Positions 1 to 10,315 of a DNA stretch of 64,000 nucleotides are shown here, piece after piece; the first letter of the stretch is position 1; every line of letters starts with the position of its first letter. The stretch is from Acidobacteriota bacterium. GTDB taxonomy: Bacteria; Acidobacteriota; Vicinamibacteria; Vicinamibacterales; UBA2999. The stretch lies in assembly GCA_016190945.1 (NCBI GenBank), contig JACPPO010000097.1:258-64257 (forward strand), read 5' to 3'. A program made the translations under genes and the position numbers. The notes below the pieces were generated by a model, which had not been told where the DNA came from, ran no database searches, and saw nothing but the letters and a program-made list of their open reading frames with translations.

Positions 1-792
1 GTTCTAGACAAGTTGGACAAGATTGGCGGCGATGGCGTCAATCGTGAGTTGGCCGCGCTTGGTTTAGGTCCGAATGAGAGATTGTGGCTCCTCAACACGC
101 TCGAACCGCTCCGCCGGCTGGCTGTGACGAATGTTGAGAAGGACTGGCCGAGGAAAAACGCAGCCGCGCTTGAGGCGTTAGATAAAGAGATTCCGGACGG
201 TCAATCTGCGACTGCAAATCTGAGGCAGATTCTGGGTCTGTTGGAGCCAGGAGTCTCGCAGAGGGTGCGCGTGGACGTAACGCTGGCGCGCGGGCTGTCC
301 TACTACACGGGCGCGATCATGGAGGTGAACGTCCCCGACCTCGCGGGCAGCCTCGGCGGCGGCGGGCGGTACGACAACCTGATCGGCATGTTCGCTGGAC
401 AGGATATTCCCGCCTGCGGCTTCTCACTCGGCCTCGAGCGCATCCTGGTCGTCATGACCGAGCGTGGCATGTTCCCTGCGACCCTGGCCATGTCGCCGGC
501 CGACGTGATGGTCGCCATGTTCGAAACCTCGGCCGCGACGCATGTCATGGCCGTCGCCAGTCGTCTCCGGGCGCGCGGCCTGCGCGTGCTCGTGTATCCG
601 GATGCTGAGAGGATCGGAAAGCAGATCAAGTACGCTGACGTGCGGGGCATTCCCTTCGTGGCGCTCGTTGGCGATGAGGAGATGAAGGCAGGAACGTTGA
701 CGGTGAAGGACCTGGCCGCGCAAACGCAGCAGACCTATGACGAGCCGGCGGCAGGGGACGCGATGCTCGAGGCACTGAAGCGACGTGGCTGA
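1..792 (+). CDS. hisS: Histidine--tRNA ligase, C-terminal part (5' end outside window)
   Basis: The reading frame is open from the window edge. It contains the class II aaRS motif-3 region GGGGRYDNLIGMF and a C-terminal anticodon-binding region (VLVYPDAERIGKQIKYADVRGIPFVALVG). Confidence 0.9.
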   Translation, partial: VLDKLDKIGGDGVNRELAALGLGPNERLWLLNTLEPLRRLAVTNVEKDWPRKNAAALEALDKEIPDGQSATANLRQILGLLEPGVSQRVRVDVTLARGLSYYTGAIMEVNVPDLAGSLGGGGRYDNLIGMFAGQDIPACGFSLGLERILVVMTERGMFPATLAMSPADVMVAMFETSAATHVMAVASRLRARGLRVLVYPDAERIGKQIKYADVRGIPFVALVGDEEMKAGTLTVKDLAAQTQQTYDEPAAGDAMLEALKRRG

Positions 793-2560
793 GCAGCTTG
801 GCGAACTCACGCGTACGCATACCTGCGGCGCGCTGCGCCCCGACGACGTCGGGGCGGAGGTTGTCCTGCTTGGCTGGGTACACCGCGTACGCGATCTCGG
901 TGGGCTGCTGTTCGTCGACGTGCGCGACCGCGCCGGCATCACGCAAATCGTCTTCGACAGAGACGACGAGGCGCTGATGGCCAAGGGGAAGCGCCTGCGG
1001 TCGGAGTTCGTCGTCGGCGCGACGGGACGGGTACGGCGCCGGTCGGCCGAGACCGAGAATTCGAAGCTGGCGACGGGCGAAGTCGAGGTCGTCGTGCGCC
1101 AGCTCACGCTGCTCAACGAGGCGAGGACGCCGCCGTTTCCGATTGCCGACGACACGCCGGTGTCCGAGGACGTACGCCTGAAATACCGCTACCTCGACTT
1201 GCGGCGCCCTCGGTTGCAGGCCAACATCGGCCTCCGCCATCGCGTGACGGCCGTCATCCGCCAGTATTTCGACGCCAACGGCTTCTGGGAGATCGAAACG
1301 CCGATTCTCACCAAGTCGACGCCTGAGGGCGCGCGCGATTATCTGGTGCCCAGCCGCGTGCATCCGGGCGAGTTCTTTGCGCTTCCGCAGTCACCGCAGC
1401 TCTTCAAGCAGATCCTGATGATCGCCGGCGTCGATCGTTACGTGCAAATCTGCCGCTGTTTCCGAGACGAAGATCTGCGCGCCGACCGGCAGCCGGAGTT
1501 CACGCAGGTCGACGTGGAGATGTCCTTTGCGCGGCCGGAGACGATCTTCGGCGTTATCGAGCCCCTCGTGCGCGAGGTGTTTGCGGTGGTCGGGCGGGAG
1601 ATCGACACGCCGTTCCAGCGGATGCCGTATTCGGATGCGATCGCGACCTATGGCTCCGATAAACCCGATCTCCGCTGCGGGATGCCGATCCAGGATCTAC
1701 GCGAACTGTTCCGCGAATCGAAATTCCGGGTATTCCGTGAGATCGTCGACAGCGGCGGTACGTCCCGCGGCTTCGTCGTGAAGAACGCCGCCGGTTACTC
1801 CCGGAGCGAGCTCGACGGCATCGTCGATCAGGCGAAGCAGCTGGGTGCGGCCGGCTTGATCTGGGCGCGGCGCGCGGAAGACGGCGCCATCACGAGTTCC
1901 GTCATGAAGGCGCTCGGCGAGGAAGAAATCCGGCGCATGCTCGACGCCGCGTCGGCGGAGAAAGGCGAGCTGCTGCTCGCGGCGGCCGGCGAACCCGATG
2001 CGACGTCGAGGATGCTCGGACAACTCAGGTTGGCGCTCGCCCGGCGAAAAGGGCTGCTGAACCCGGATGAATATGCGTTCGCGTGGGTTGTGGACTTTCC
2101 CTTGCTGGAGTGGGATCACGAGGCACGGCGATACAACTCGGTGCACCACCCGTTCACATCGCCGCACGACGCTGATTTCGATCTTCTCGAACGCGAGCCC
2201 GGGCAGGTCCGCGCCAAGGCGTACGATCTCGTGCTGAACGGCAACGAAATCGGCGGGGGAAGCATTCGGATCCACGACGCCACCGTGCAACGGCAGATCT
2301 TCTCCCTGCTCAACATCAGCCCCGAGGAGGCGAAGCTCCGGTTCGGCTTCTTTCTGGAGGCGCTCGAGTACGGCACCCCGCCCCACGGCGGGATCGCGCT
2401 CGGTCTCGATCGTATGATCGCGATCATGGCCGGCGAAACCTCCATTCGCGAAGTCATCGCGTTCCCGAAGACGGCCGCCGCGGTGGACCTGATGTGCGAC
2501 GCGCCGTCGCCGGTCGATTCGAAACAGCTCAAGGAGCTGCACCTGCTGTTGAAGAAATGA
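785..2560 (+). CDS. aspS: Aspartate--tRNA ligase
   Basis: 591-aa ORF with an N-terminal OB fold (GWVHRVRDLGGLLFVDVRDRAG). Class II motifs present: FRDEDLRADRQPEFTQVD, GGGSIRIHD, PPHGGIALGLDRM. The GTG start overlaps the hisS end by 8 nt. Confidence 0.97.
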   Translation: MAEQLGELTRTHTCGALRPDDVGAEVVLLGWVHRVRDLGGLLFVDVRDRAGITQIVFDRDDEALMAKGKRLRSEFVVGATGRVRRRSAETENSKLATGEVEVVVRQLTLLNEARTPPFPIADDTPVSEDVRLKYRYLDLRRPRLQANIGLRHRVTAVIRQYFDANGFWEIETPILTKSTPEGARDYLVPSRVHPGEFFALPQSPQLFKQILMIAGVDRYVQICRCFRDEDLRADRQPEFTQVDVEMSFARPETIFGVIEPLVREVFAVVGREIDTPFQRMPYSDAIATYGSDKPDLRCGMPIQDLRELFRESKFRVFREIVDSGGTSRGFVVKNAAGYSRSELDGIVDQAKQLGAAGLIWARRAEDGAITSSVMKALGEEEIRRMLDAASAEKGELLLAAAGEPDATSRMLGQLRLALARRKGLLNPDEYAFAWVVDFPLLEWDHEARRYNSVHHPFTSPHDADFDLLEREPGQVRAKAYDLVLNGNEIGGGSIRIHDATVQRQIFSLLNISPEEAKLRFGFFLEALEYGTPPHGGIALGLDRMIAIMAGETSIREVIAFPKTAAAVDLMCDAPSPVDSKQLKELHLLLKK

Positions 2561-3516
2561 GAAAGATTGCCCTGCCTGAGGAAGGCATCGAGACGCTCTA
2601 CGGAGCGCACGACGCGAACCTTAAGCACATCGAGTCGATGCTGAATGTTGCAATTCGCACGCAGGGATCCGAACTGACCGTCCAAGGGGACCCGGGCGAC
2701 GAGCAGCGCGCGCAGCACATCTTCGAACAGCTCCGGGCGCTGATGGCGGAAGGCTATACGCTCGCCAACGGCGACGTAAAGACCGCCGCGCAGCTCCTGG
2801 TCGAGGACGCGGACGTCGATCTTCGCGACTACTTCCTCAAGGGTGGGCAGTGGCAGGGAACTCGCCGCCGGGTCAATCCGAAGAGCGTCAACCAGCGCAG
2901 GTATCTCGACGCCATCCAGCAGTTCGACATCGTCTTTGGCGTCGGCCCCGCGGGGACCGGCAAGACCTACCTCGCGATGGCGCAGGCGGTGCATTACCTG
3001 GTCGCCAAGAAGGTGAGCCGGATCATCCTGGCGCGGCCGGCCGTCGAAGCCGGCGAGAAGCTCGGCTTCCTGCCGGGGGACCTGCAGGAGAAGATCAATC
3101 CGTACCTGCGGCCGTTGTACGACGCGCTCTTCGACATGATGGACTCCGAGAAAGCCGGCCGGCTGATAGAGCGCGGCGTGATCGAGGTCGCGCCGCTCGC
3201 CTTCATGCGAGGGCGCACCCTCAACGACGCGTTCGTGATCCTCGACGAGGCGCAGAACACCACGTCCGAGCAGAGGCAGATGTTTCTCACGCGTCTTGGA
3301 TTCGGCACCAAGGCGGTGGTGACCGGCGATATCACGCAGATCGACCTGCCGAACGCCCGCATGTCGGGGATGGTGGAGGCGCTGAAGATCGTCAAGGATG
3401 TCGAGGGCATCGGCTTCGTGTACTTCGACGAGAAGGACGTCGTGCGCCACAAGCTCGTGCAGCAGATCGTCAAGGCGTACGAGACGTTCACCAACGGCTC
3501 GCGCTCGAGCGGCTGA
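2557..3516 (+). CDS. phoH: PhoH-like ATPase (PhoH/YbeZ family)
   Basis: Walker A GPAGTGKTYLAMA plus PhoH-type C-terminal region. ATG 2557 overlaps the aspS stop (ATGA). The upstream part of the 340-aa track ORF lies inside aspS and was trimmed. Confidence 0.93.
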   Translation: MRKIALPEEGIETLYGAHDANLKHIESMLNVAIRTQGSELTVQGDPGDEQRAQHIFEQLRALMAEGYTLANGDVKTAAQLLVEDADVDLRDYFLKGGQWQGTRRRVNPKSVNQRRYLDAIQQFDIVFGVGPAGTGKTYLAMAQAVHYLVAKKVSRIILARPAVEAGEKLGFLPGDLQEKINPYLRPLYDALFDMMDSEKAGRLIERGVIEVAPLAFMRGRTLNDAFVILDEAQNTTSEQRQMFLTRLGFGTKAVVTGDITQIDLPNARMSGMVEALKIVKDVEGIGFVYFDEKDVVRHKLVQQIVKAYETFTNGSRSSG

Positions 3517-3545
3517 TGCTAAGACATGCCTGATCGCAGGGGTGC

Positions 3546-4127
3546 ATGACTGATCGTGGAGGCAGACCTCTACGGGGCCCCCGCCGCGCGCGCCTGCGCG
3601 GCGGGGGGCAAGATCCGCCTGCGCGGCTAACGGTCGATGTTGTAACCACCGCCGCCACGCGTGCCCCGGGGCTCGCGCGGTGGCTGGCATCTGCCGCGCC
3701 CGCGCGGGCCCGCGGGAGGGTCACCGTCGCCCTCGTCCCTGATGGCCGCGTGCGCCTGCTCAACCGAAGATTCCGCCACACGGACCGTGCAACCGACGTC
3801 CTGTCCTTTCCATCCAGCGAGCCCGAGGAGGGTCCCCGCCGCCAACACCTCCACCCCATCGCGCAGGCGTGCACGATGCGGCCCCCGGGTTTGCGCGGGG
3901 GGGCGTCAGATCTGGGCGAGATCGTCATTGCCGAGGGGGTGGCTCGCCGTCAGGCCGGTGACGCGGGCCACTCCCTGCAGGCCGAGCTTCGCGTCCTGGC
4001 CCTGCATGGCCTCCTGCACCTGCTTGGCTATGATCACGAGCGTGACGATGGCCGCATGGCCCGCATCGAGGCCCGACTCGGTCGGCGCGGCGGGTTGCGT
4101 GAGGGCCTGATCGAGAGACACCGGTGA
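3546..4127 (+). CDS. ybeY: rRNA maturation endoribonuclease YbeY
   Basis: Zinc-binding motif HGLLHLLGYDHERD and PTDVLSFP-like ATDVLSFP. The conserved phoH-ybeY-corC gene order is present. The first ~30 aa are Arg/Gly-rich, so the exact start is uncertain. Confidence 0.85.
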   Translation: MTDRGGRPLRGPRRARLRGGGQDPPARLTVDVVTTAATRAPGLARWLASAAPARARGRVTVALVPDGRVRLLNRRFRHTDRATDVLSFPSSEPEEGPRRQHLHPIAQACTMRPPGLRGGASDLGEIVIAEGVARRQAGDAGHSLQAELRVLALHGLLHLLGYDHERDDGRMARIEARLGRRGGLREGLIERHR

Positions 4128-5365
4128 CGCCGCTTGCCCTTTTCCTGATCGCCTGCGCAACGGTGTTTCTGGGTTCGGTGCAGGCGGCCTTCAGCGCGCT
4201 GATGCGCCTGTCGTTGCGCCTGATGGCCGAGCGCGGCGGCCGCGGCGACCGGCTCGGCCGGTACCTGGACGATCCGTTGCAGTTGTTCATACCCGTTCGC
4301 ATTCTGATTGGGTTGTGCACCGTGCTCGCGGGTGTGCTGATCGCCGGGCTCAGCACGGTGGACGACGCGCCGTCGATAGCGACCTTCTTCTTCTCGCTGG
4401 TCGCATTCGTGGTGGTCTGCGAGCACCTGCTGCCGATGCTGGTGGCGCGGCGCGACGCCGAGCAGGTGCTGGATGTGCTGCTGCCCGCATTTCATCCGAT
4501 CGCGCGGCTGATGCTTCCGATGACGCGCGTGCTGATTGACATCGCCGACCTCCGGGGCGACCGGGAGACCGTGACGAACGGCGGGGCGGCTGGCGCGGAC
4601 GCCAAGGCGCCGGTGGCAGGCGAGGAGGCGGGCGAGGAGGGCGCCATCTCGGAAGAGGAAGGACGCGAGCTCCTTCAGTCGGTCGTAGATTTCACGGAGA
4701 CGGTCGTCCGCGAAGTCATGACGCCACGGCCGGACATCATCGCCATCCAGGCCGATGCGACCCTGAACGACCTTCGCGCACTCTTCCGCGAGGAGCAGTA
4801 CTCGCGCATTCCGGTCTACCGCGGCAACCTCGACAACATCATCGGGATCGTGTTCGTGAAGGATTTGGTCGGGCTGCCGCCGGGAACGGAGCCGCCGCTC
4901 ACGACGTTGATGCGATCGGCGTACATGGTGCCCGAGAGCAAGCGGGTGTCGGAGCTGCTGAAAGAGATGCAGCGCCGGCAGGCGCAGACGGCCATCGTCG
5001 TCGACGAGTACGGCGGCACGGCGGGTCTGGTCACGGTTGAAGACCTGCTGGAAGAGATCGTCGGCGAAATTCGGGACGAGTACGACGTCGAGAGCGAGAC
5101 GGTCACGGATGAAGGCGACGGGGCATTTGTCTTCAGCGGCAAGGTCGGCGTGGACGAGGCCATGAATCGGCTCGGCGTGAAGATCGAGCGCGAGGGGTTC
5201 GAGACGGTTGGCGGGTATCTGCTCTCGCACCTCGGCCGGATGCCGTACGTCGGTGAAACGTTCGAGGTGGACGACCTCGCTGTCGAAGTCCTCGAAGTAG
5301 AGCGACGCCGGATTACAAAGGTGCGGGTCCGGCGGCGTGCAGGCGCCCCCGCAGAAACGGAGTAG
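4124..5365 (+). CDS. Hemolysin/CorC-family membrane protein (DUF21 + tandem CBS + CorC_HlyC transporter-associated domain)
   Basis: N-terminal TM helices, a CBS pair region (VMTPRPDIIAI..., IPVYRGNLDNIIGIVFVKDL) and a C-terminal CorC/HlyC-type domain. The GTG start overlaps the ybeY stop (GTGA). Confidence 0.88.
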   Translation: MTPLALFLIACATVFLGSVQAAFSALMRLSLRLMAERGGRGDRLGRYLDDPLQLFIPVRILIGLCTVLAGVLIAGLSTVDDAPSIATFFFSLVAFVVVCEHLLPMLVARRDAEQVLDVLLPAFHPIARLMLPMTRVLIDIADLRGDRETVTNGGAAGADAKAPVAGEEAGEEGAISEEEGRELLQSVVDFTETVVREVMTPRPDIIAIQADATLNDLRALFREEQYSRIPVYRGNLDNIIGIVFVKDLVGLPPGTEPPLTTLMRSAYMVPESKRVSELLKEMQRRQAQTAIVVDEYGGTAGLVTVEDLLEEIVGEIRDEYDVESETVTDEGDGAFVFSGKVGVDEAMNRLGVKIEREGFETVGGYLLSHLGRMPYVGETFEVDDLAVEVLEVERRRITKVRVRRRAGAPAETE

Positions 5366-5387
5366 GGGCGGGCCTTCAGGTCCACCC
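5365..5387 (+). terminator. GC-rich hairpin after the corC-like gene; degenerate copy of the GGGCGGACC-TTCA-GGTCCGCCC hairpin family
   Basis: GGGGCGGGCC TTCA GGTCCACCC, an imperfect stem (one mismatch, one G-U) with no T-tract. It shares loop and arm sequence with the hairpins at 32740 and 33926. Confidence 0.45.
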
Positions 5388-5392
5388 GGACG

Positions 5393-5920
5393 ATGTCACT
5401 AATTCACCCCGGCGTTCGCATCGGTCACGTTCACCTGAAGGTCGCGGATCTCGATCGAGCGTTGCGGTTCTATCGCGATATCCTGGGGTTCGAACTGACG
5501 CAGCGGTACGGTCCGGGCGCCGCATTTCTTTCCGCGGGCGGCTATCACCATCACATCGGGCTGAATACGTGGGAGAGCCAGGGCGGTGCGCCGCCCGCGC
5601 CAGGCACTACCGGCCTCTATCACCTCGCCGTCCTGTACCCGACGCGAGCGGAACTGGCTGACGGGCTCCGCCGCGTGCTGAAGGCGGGCATTGGCCTCGA
5701 TGGCGCGGCCGATCACGGGGTCAGCGAGGCGCTCTATCTGCGCGACCCGGACAACAACGGGATCGAGCTGTATTGGGATCGACCCGCAGAGCAGTGGCCG
5801 CGCGCGGCCGACGGGCAGCTCGCGATGTTCACGCGCCGGTTGGACATCGACGGCCTGTTACTCGAACGAGACGCGGCGCCTCTCGGCCAGCCAGCGGGCT
5901 CTGGGCCGCGCGACCGCTGA
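5393..5920 (+). CDS. VOC (glyoxalase/bleomycin-resistance/extradiol dioxygenase) family protein
   Basis: N-terminal HVHLKVADLDRALRFYRDILGFEL and the later HLAVLYP/ALYLRDPDNNGIELY are typical VOC beta-alpha-beta-beta-beta modules. Confidence 0.75.
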   Translation: MSLIHPGVRIGHVHLKVADLDRALRFYRDILGFELTQRYGPGAAFLSAGGYHHHIGLNTWESQGGAPPAPGTTGLYHLAVLYPTRAELADGLRRVLKAGIGLDGAADHGVSEALYLRDPDNNGIELYWDRPAEQWPRAADGQLAMFTRRLDIDGLLLERDAAPLGQPAGSGPRDR

Positions 5921-5969
5921 TCGTGCCCCTTCGATTCCATTCAGGGTCATCCCGAGCTATTGTCGAGGG

Positions 5970-6863
5970 ATGAAAGCCGGCTTCGTGTCGTTCATCGGCC
6001 GCCCCAATGCCGGCAAGTCGACGCTGCTGAATCGCATCGTCGGGCACAAGCTGGCCATTGTCTCGGACAAGCCGCAAACAACCAGGACACGCATCGTCGG
6101 CGTGAAGAACTATTCCGAGGGACAAGTCGTGTTCGTCGACACACCCGGTGTGCACAAGCCGGCGCACCGAATGAACGTCCGGATGGTCGACGTGGCACTG
6201 GACGCCATGCGTGAGGTGGACGTGCTCACGCTCGTCGTCGACGCGTCGGTCGCCACAGGACCGGGCGACCGCCACCTGCTCACGCTGCTCAAGGACGTCA
6301 AGACCCCTGCCATCCTGGCGTTGAACAAAGTAGATGTAATTGCCAAGGCGAAGCTTCTGCCGATCCTCGACTGGTACCGCAACGCACACTCGTTTGTGGA
6401 GTTCGTGCCGATTTCGGCCGCCGACGGCACGAATGTCGACGTGCTCGAGAGGTTGTTTCTACAGTATCTGCCGGAAGGCGACCCCCTGTATCCGCCCGAC
6501 TACGTCACGGACCAGCCCGAGCGCTTCTTTGTTGCGGAGATCGTGCGCGAGCAGGTGCTGCGGCTCACGCATGACGAGCTGCCGTTCTCGACGGCGGTGG
6601 TCGTCGATCGGTTCGAGGAGCCTGATGCTGACATGGTCGTGAACCTCTATTGCACCATCCTGGTTGAGCGGGAGTCGCAGAAGCCGATCGTCATCGGCCG
6701 GGCCGGCGCGATGATCAAGAAGATTGGCACCGCCGCGCGCACGGAGCTCGAACGATTCTTTGGGGCGCGGGTGTACCTGGACCTGCACGTCAAGGTAAGG
6801 TCCGAATGGCGCGACGACGTGCGCGCTCTGGACGAGATGGGCCTTCAGGGTCGCGACCGCTGA
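5970..6863 (+). CDS. era: GTPase Era
   Basis: G1 GRPNAGKST, G3 DTPG, G4 NKVD and a C-terminal KH domain. ATG 5970 (MKAGFVSFIG) was chosen. The 5691 track start overlaps the VOC gene in another frame context. Confidence 0.95.
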   Translation: MKAGFVSFIGRPNAGKSTLLNRIVGHKLAIVSDKPQTTRTRIVGVKNYSEGQVVFVDTPGVHKPAHRMNVRMVDVALDAMREVDVLTLVVDASVATGPGDRHLLTLLKDVKTPAILALNKVDVIAKAKLLPILDWYRNAHSFVEFVPISAADGTNVDVLERLFLQYLPEGDPLYPPDYVTDQPERFFVAEIVREQVLRLTHDELPFSTAVVVDRFEEPDADMVVNLYCTILVERESQKPIVIGRAGAMIKKIGTAARTELERFFGARVYLDLHVKVRSEWRDDVRALDEMGLQGRDR

Positions 6864-6923
6864 CTTCACTGGTTCGAAGAGAAATTCCACGTACCCAGCC
6901 GCTGACCGGCGAGCGGGGTCGAG

Positions 6924-7262
6924 TCAGCGATTCGCCGGTAGCATGATCGCGAGCAGAGCCGCGAGGGCGGCGACCTGCCCAATCCAGAACAAAAACGACC
7001 ATCGCAGCCAGGCGACATGTCCCAGAGACATTTCCCGCCGGATCGCCGCAAAACCTTGATGCATCTCGAGCCGTAGGCCGGAGACTTCCTCAGCCAGCCG
7101 TCGCTCGAATCGTTCGGATGTCAGTTGATGATAGAGGCCGAACATCTCAACCAGCCCTTCCGCGGCTTCATCACCGAGCTTTCTACGAATCGAGGCAGGC
7201 ACCACAAGCGCTTCCATAAGATCCTCTGCTGTGGGCACCCGACCTTGCGACGACGATGCCAT
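6924..7262 (-). CDS. Small coiled-coil protein with C-terminal transmembrane anchor (DUF1640-like architecture), function unknown
   Basis: 112-aa ORF with a coiled-coil-like middle (ERFERRLAEEVSGLRLEMHQGFAAIRREM) and a hydrophobic tail (WSFLFWIGQVAALAALLAIML). No competing gene at this locus. Confidence 0.45.
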   Translation of the reverse strand: MASSSQGRVPTAEDLMEALVVPASIRRKLGDEAAEGLVEMFGLYHQLTSERFERRLAEEVSGLRLEMHQGFAAIRREMSLGHVAWLRWSFLFWIGQVAALAALLAIMLPANR

Positions 7263-7338
7263 CGTCGCAAAGAGCTGTCAATAGACCGATGCCGCGTGCT
7301 AGATTTAGCTGTTTGCCCGTGGCGGACGGACCTTCACC

Positions 7339-8712
7339 ATGGCGGCGCAGCGAAGAATCGATCTCGTCCTCGACTCGGTCAGGCGACTGCTGCGCATCGG
7401 TGCGACCGCCAACCTGTTGAACCTGCTGCAAAAGCAGCATCCCGCCGATCTCGCCCGGATTTTCAGCGACCTTCAGGACAAAGAGCGCGAGGCGACCTTC
7501 AGCCTGCTCGCCGAGCGGAACGGTCGGCTTGCGATGGAAGCGGTGTCCGAGCTCGGCCCGGAGGCGGGCGCGGCACTCCTGGGCACGCGCTCGGCGGAGG
7601 AGATCGCGAAGCTCGCCCAGGAGATTCCGTCCGACGACGCCGCGGCGCTGATCGATTACCTGCCAGAGGAGCTCTCGGCTGCGGTTCTCGACCTGATGCG
7701 CCCGAAAGAGTCCGGCGTCGTCGAGAACCTGCTCGAGTACGACGAGCAGACCGCCGGCCGCATCATGAACCCGCATGTCTTCGCACTCAATGAGGACATG
7801 ACGGTCGGCGAATCCATTACGGAGCTGCAGACCAACCGCGACGTCGAGATGGTCTTCTATCTCTACGTGGTGGACGAGCGTCGGCACCTCGTCGGAGTGA
7901 CGTCGCTGCGCCGGCTGCTGCTGGTCTCACCGGAGACGCCGCTGAAGCGGATCATGACGACGGACCTGATCACTGCGCGGGTCGACATGGACCAGGAGGA
8001 AGTCGCGCGGCAGGTGGCGTCGTATAACCTGCTGGCGATCCCCGTTGTCGACGAGGAGAACAAGCTGGTCGGCGTGATCACCGTCGATGACGTCATTGAC
8101 GTCATCAAGGATGAGGCGACGGAGGACATCTATCGACTGGCCGGTGTGGCGGGCGACGAACGCGCGTTCACGCCCGTGGGCGAATCACTGCGCAAGCGGC
8201 TGCCGTGGCTTGGAATTAACCTCGTCACCGCGTTCATGGCCGCCTCCGTCGTGGCGCTGTTCGAGGGCACGATCGAGCGGATCACGGCGCTGGCGGTCTT
8301 CATGCCGATCGTGGCCGGGATGGGCGGGAACGCTGCCACGCAGACGCTGACCGTCATCGTCCGCGGTATTGCCCTGGGCGAGCTGACCTGGAGCAATTCC
8401 CGCAAAGCGCTGCTGAAGGAAGCCATCGCCGGCATGGGAAACGGCGTTATCCTCGGCTTGGTCGCGGCAGCGGTTGTCTGGGCCACTCGCGGTAACCCGG
8501 TGCTGGGCCTGGTCCTGTGCGCCGCCATGATCATCAACATGTTCGTCGCCGCCACCGCCGGAACGCTCGTTCCGTTGGGTCTGAGGGCCGCGAACATCGA
8601 TCCGGCACTCGCCTCGTCGGTATTCATCACCACCCTGACCGACGTGTTCGGCTTCTTTTCATTTCTCGGTCTGGCGACGCTGCTCATGCGGTACCTTGTT
8701 CCCGTCACGTAG
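7339..8712 (+). CDS. mgtE: Magnesium transporter MgtE
   Basis: MgtE N-domain, two CBS domains (IMNPHVFALNEDMTV..., IPVVDEENKLVGVITVDDVIDV) and a C-terminal 5-TM MgtE channel domain (PIVAGMGGNAATQT). Confidence 0.93.
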   Translation: MAAQRRIDLVLDSVRRLLRIGATANLLNLLQKQHPADLARIFSDLQDKEREATFSLLAERNGRLAMEAVSELGPEAGAALLGTRSAEEIAKLAQEIPSDDAAALIDYLPEELSAAVLDLMRPKESGVVENLLEYDEQTAGRIMNPHVFALNEDMTVGESITELQTNRDVEMVFYLYVVDERRHLVGVTSLRRLLLVSPETPLKRIMTTDLITARVDMDQEEVARQVASYNLLAIPVVDEENKLVGVITVDDVIDVIKDEATEDIYRLAGVAGDERAFTPVGESLRKRLPWLGINLVTAFMAASVVALFEGTIERITALAVFMPIVAGMGGNAATQTLTVIVRGIALGELTWSNSRKALLKEAIAGMGNGVILGLVAAAVVWATRGNPVLGLVLCAAMIINMFVAATAGTLVPLGLRAANIDPALASSVFITTLTDVFGFFSFLGLATLLMRYLVPVT

Positions 8713-8726
8713 AATAGATAAGTTTC

Positions 8727-9380
8727 GTGCCACTGTACACCGCCGACGCGCTCGTTCTCCGCACCTACAAGTTGGGTGAGGCCGACTGCATCGTAGTGTT
8801 TCTGACGCGCGATCGGGGTAAGAAACGAGGTGTTGCGAAGGGGGCCCGCCGCCCGCGATCGCGGTTTCTCGGCGCGCTGGAGCCGCTCACCGAAGTCCGC
8901 GTCGCCTACTTCGAGAAGGAGCGGCGCGAGCTGGTGGGATTGAACTTCGCCGAGACGATCCGATCGCCGCTTGCGCATACGCCTCACGACGGCTCGCTCG
9001 AGCACGTCGGGTACTTTGCGGAGCTGCTCGACGAGTGGGCGCAGGAGGCGGACGCCGACGAGCGTCTGTACCGCTTGGGCGCATCAATGCTGAATGCGCT
9101 GGGGGCTGGCGCCCCGGTGGAACCGCTCGCGCGGTATTTCGAGTACTGGCTCCTCCGGTTGCAGGGGGTCTATCCGGAGTCGCGGGGGGCGCTGTCGGAC
9201 GCGGCGATGGCGTTTCTTGCCGCGTCGCGCAGCTTGGGGCCGGATCGGGTCCGCGAGCTGCCCGCCGAGCGCGGCGCGCTCAACGAGCTGGAACGGGTGC
9301 ACCGTGGCCTCATTGCGATGCACCTGGAGAAGACCTTGAAATCGGATCGCGTCCTCCGCGACGTCCGCCGCCACAGCTAG
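8727..9380 (+). CDS. recO: DNA repair protein RecO
   Basis: N-terminal OB fold typical of RecO (ALVLRTYKLGEADCIVVFLTRDRGKKRGVAKGARRPRSRF). The size of 217 aa is typical. Confidence 0.85.
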   Translation: MPLYTADALVLRTYKLGEADCIVVFLTRDRGKKRGVAKGARRPRSRFLGALEPLTEVRVAYFEKERRELVGLNFAETIRSPLAHTPHDGSLEHVGYFAELLDEWAQEADADERLYRLGASMLNALGAGAPVEPLARYFEYWLLRLQGVYPESRGALSDAAMAFLAASRSLGPDRVRELPAERGALNELERVHRGLIAMHLEKTLKSDRVLRDVRRHS

Positions 9381-9401
9381 ACGAGTGGCGCAGTCACCTT
9401 C

Positions 9402-10313
9402 GTGACGTTCCAGGATCTCATCCTCAAGCTCTCGGTCTTCTGGGCGTCTCACGGTTGCCTGCTGCAACAGCCGCTCGACCTCGAAGTGGGCGCCGGCACG
9501 TCGCATCCCGAAACACTGTTCCGGGTACTCGGACCGAAGCCGTGGAGCGTGGCATACGTGCAGCCCTCGCGGCGGCCCGACGACGGGCGCTTCGGGCAGA
9601 ACCCGAACCGCCTGTTCAAGCACCATCAGTATCAGGTCATCCTCAAGCCGTCCCCGGACCAGGTGCAGCAGATCTATCTCGAGAGTCTCGAGGCGTGCGG
9701 TATCAACCCGCGGCAGCATGACATTCGCTTCGAGGAAGACAACTGGGAGTCGCCGACCCTGGGCGCCTGGGGCATCGGCTGGCAGGTGATGCTCGACGGC
9801 CTGGAGATTACGCAGTTCACCTACTTCCAGCAGGTGGGCGGCATGGACCTCGCGCCCATTTCATGCGAGATCACTTACGGTCTCGAGCGGATCGCGATGT
9901 TCCTGCAGCGCGTGGACAACGTCTTCGATCTTGAATGGGGCGGCGGCGTGAAGTACGGCGAGGTGCGACTGCAGGAGGAGGTCGAACAGTCGAAGTACGC
10001 TTTCGGCCAGATGGACATGCCGGCGGAAGCGTTCGCCAGGCTGCATCGCGATCTCTTTGACCAGTACTACGGGTTCTCGGAGCGGCTGCTGGCGTCAGGG
10101 CTCATCTGGCCCGCGCTCGAGCACTGTCTCAAGTGTTCACATCTCTTCAACGTGCTTGATTCGAGCGGGAGCATCGGTGTCACCGAGCGCACCGCCTACA
10201 TTCTCCGGGTCCGGCAGCTCGCCGTGGGTATTACCAGGGCCTATGTCGGGCAGTCAAACCCGCCTTCGCCCGGCTCGGGCGAGGCCAGCGCGAAGATTAC
10301 GGAGAGCCTGTAG
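9402..10313 (+). CDS. glyQ: Glycine--tRNA ligase alpha subunit
   Basis: Highly conserved GlyQ N-terminus ([34 protein letters not shown]) followed immediately by glyS. Confidence 0.96.
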   Translation: MTFQDLILKLSVFWASHGCLLQQPLDLEVGAGTSHPETLFRVLGPKPWSVAYVQPSRRPDDGRFGQNPNRLFKHHQYQVILKPSPDQVQQIYLESLEACGINPRQHDIRFEEDNWESPTLGAWGIGWQVMLDGLEITQFTYFQQVGGMDLAPISCEITYGLERIAMFLQRVDNVFDLEWGGGVKYGEVRLQEEVEQSKYAFGQMDMPAEAFARLHRDLFDQYYGFSERLLASGLIWPALEHCLKCSHLFNVLDSSGSIGVTERTAYILRVRQLAVGITRAYVGQSNPPSPGSGEASAKITESL

Positions 10314-10315
10314 GC

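Noticed and set aside
5691-5969. N-terminal extensions of track ORFs: era from 5691, uvrB from 25522, mlaF from 28558, nuoI from 41985, KAS from 51200, ICMT from 52627, DUF58 from 57489, the giant protein from 60358, rarA to 19952.
   Set aside because: The extensions overlap upstream genes and are Arg/Ser/Gly-rich. They precede internal Met/Val codons that coincide with the onset of family homology and with stop-start overlaps (ATGA and similar).
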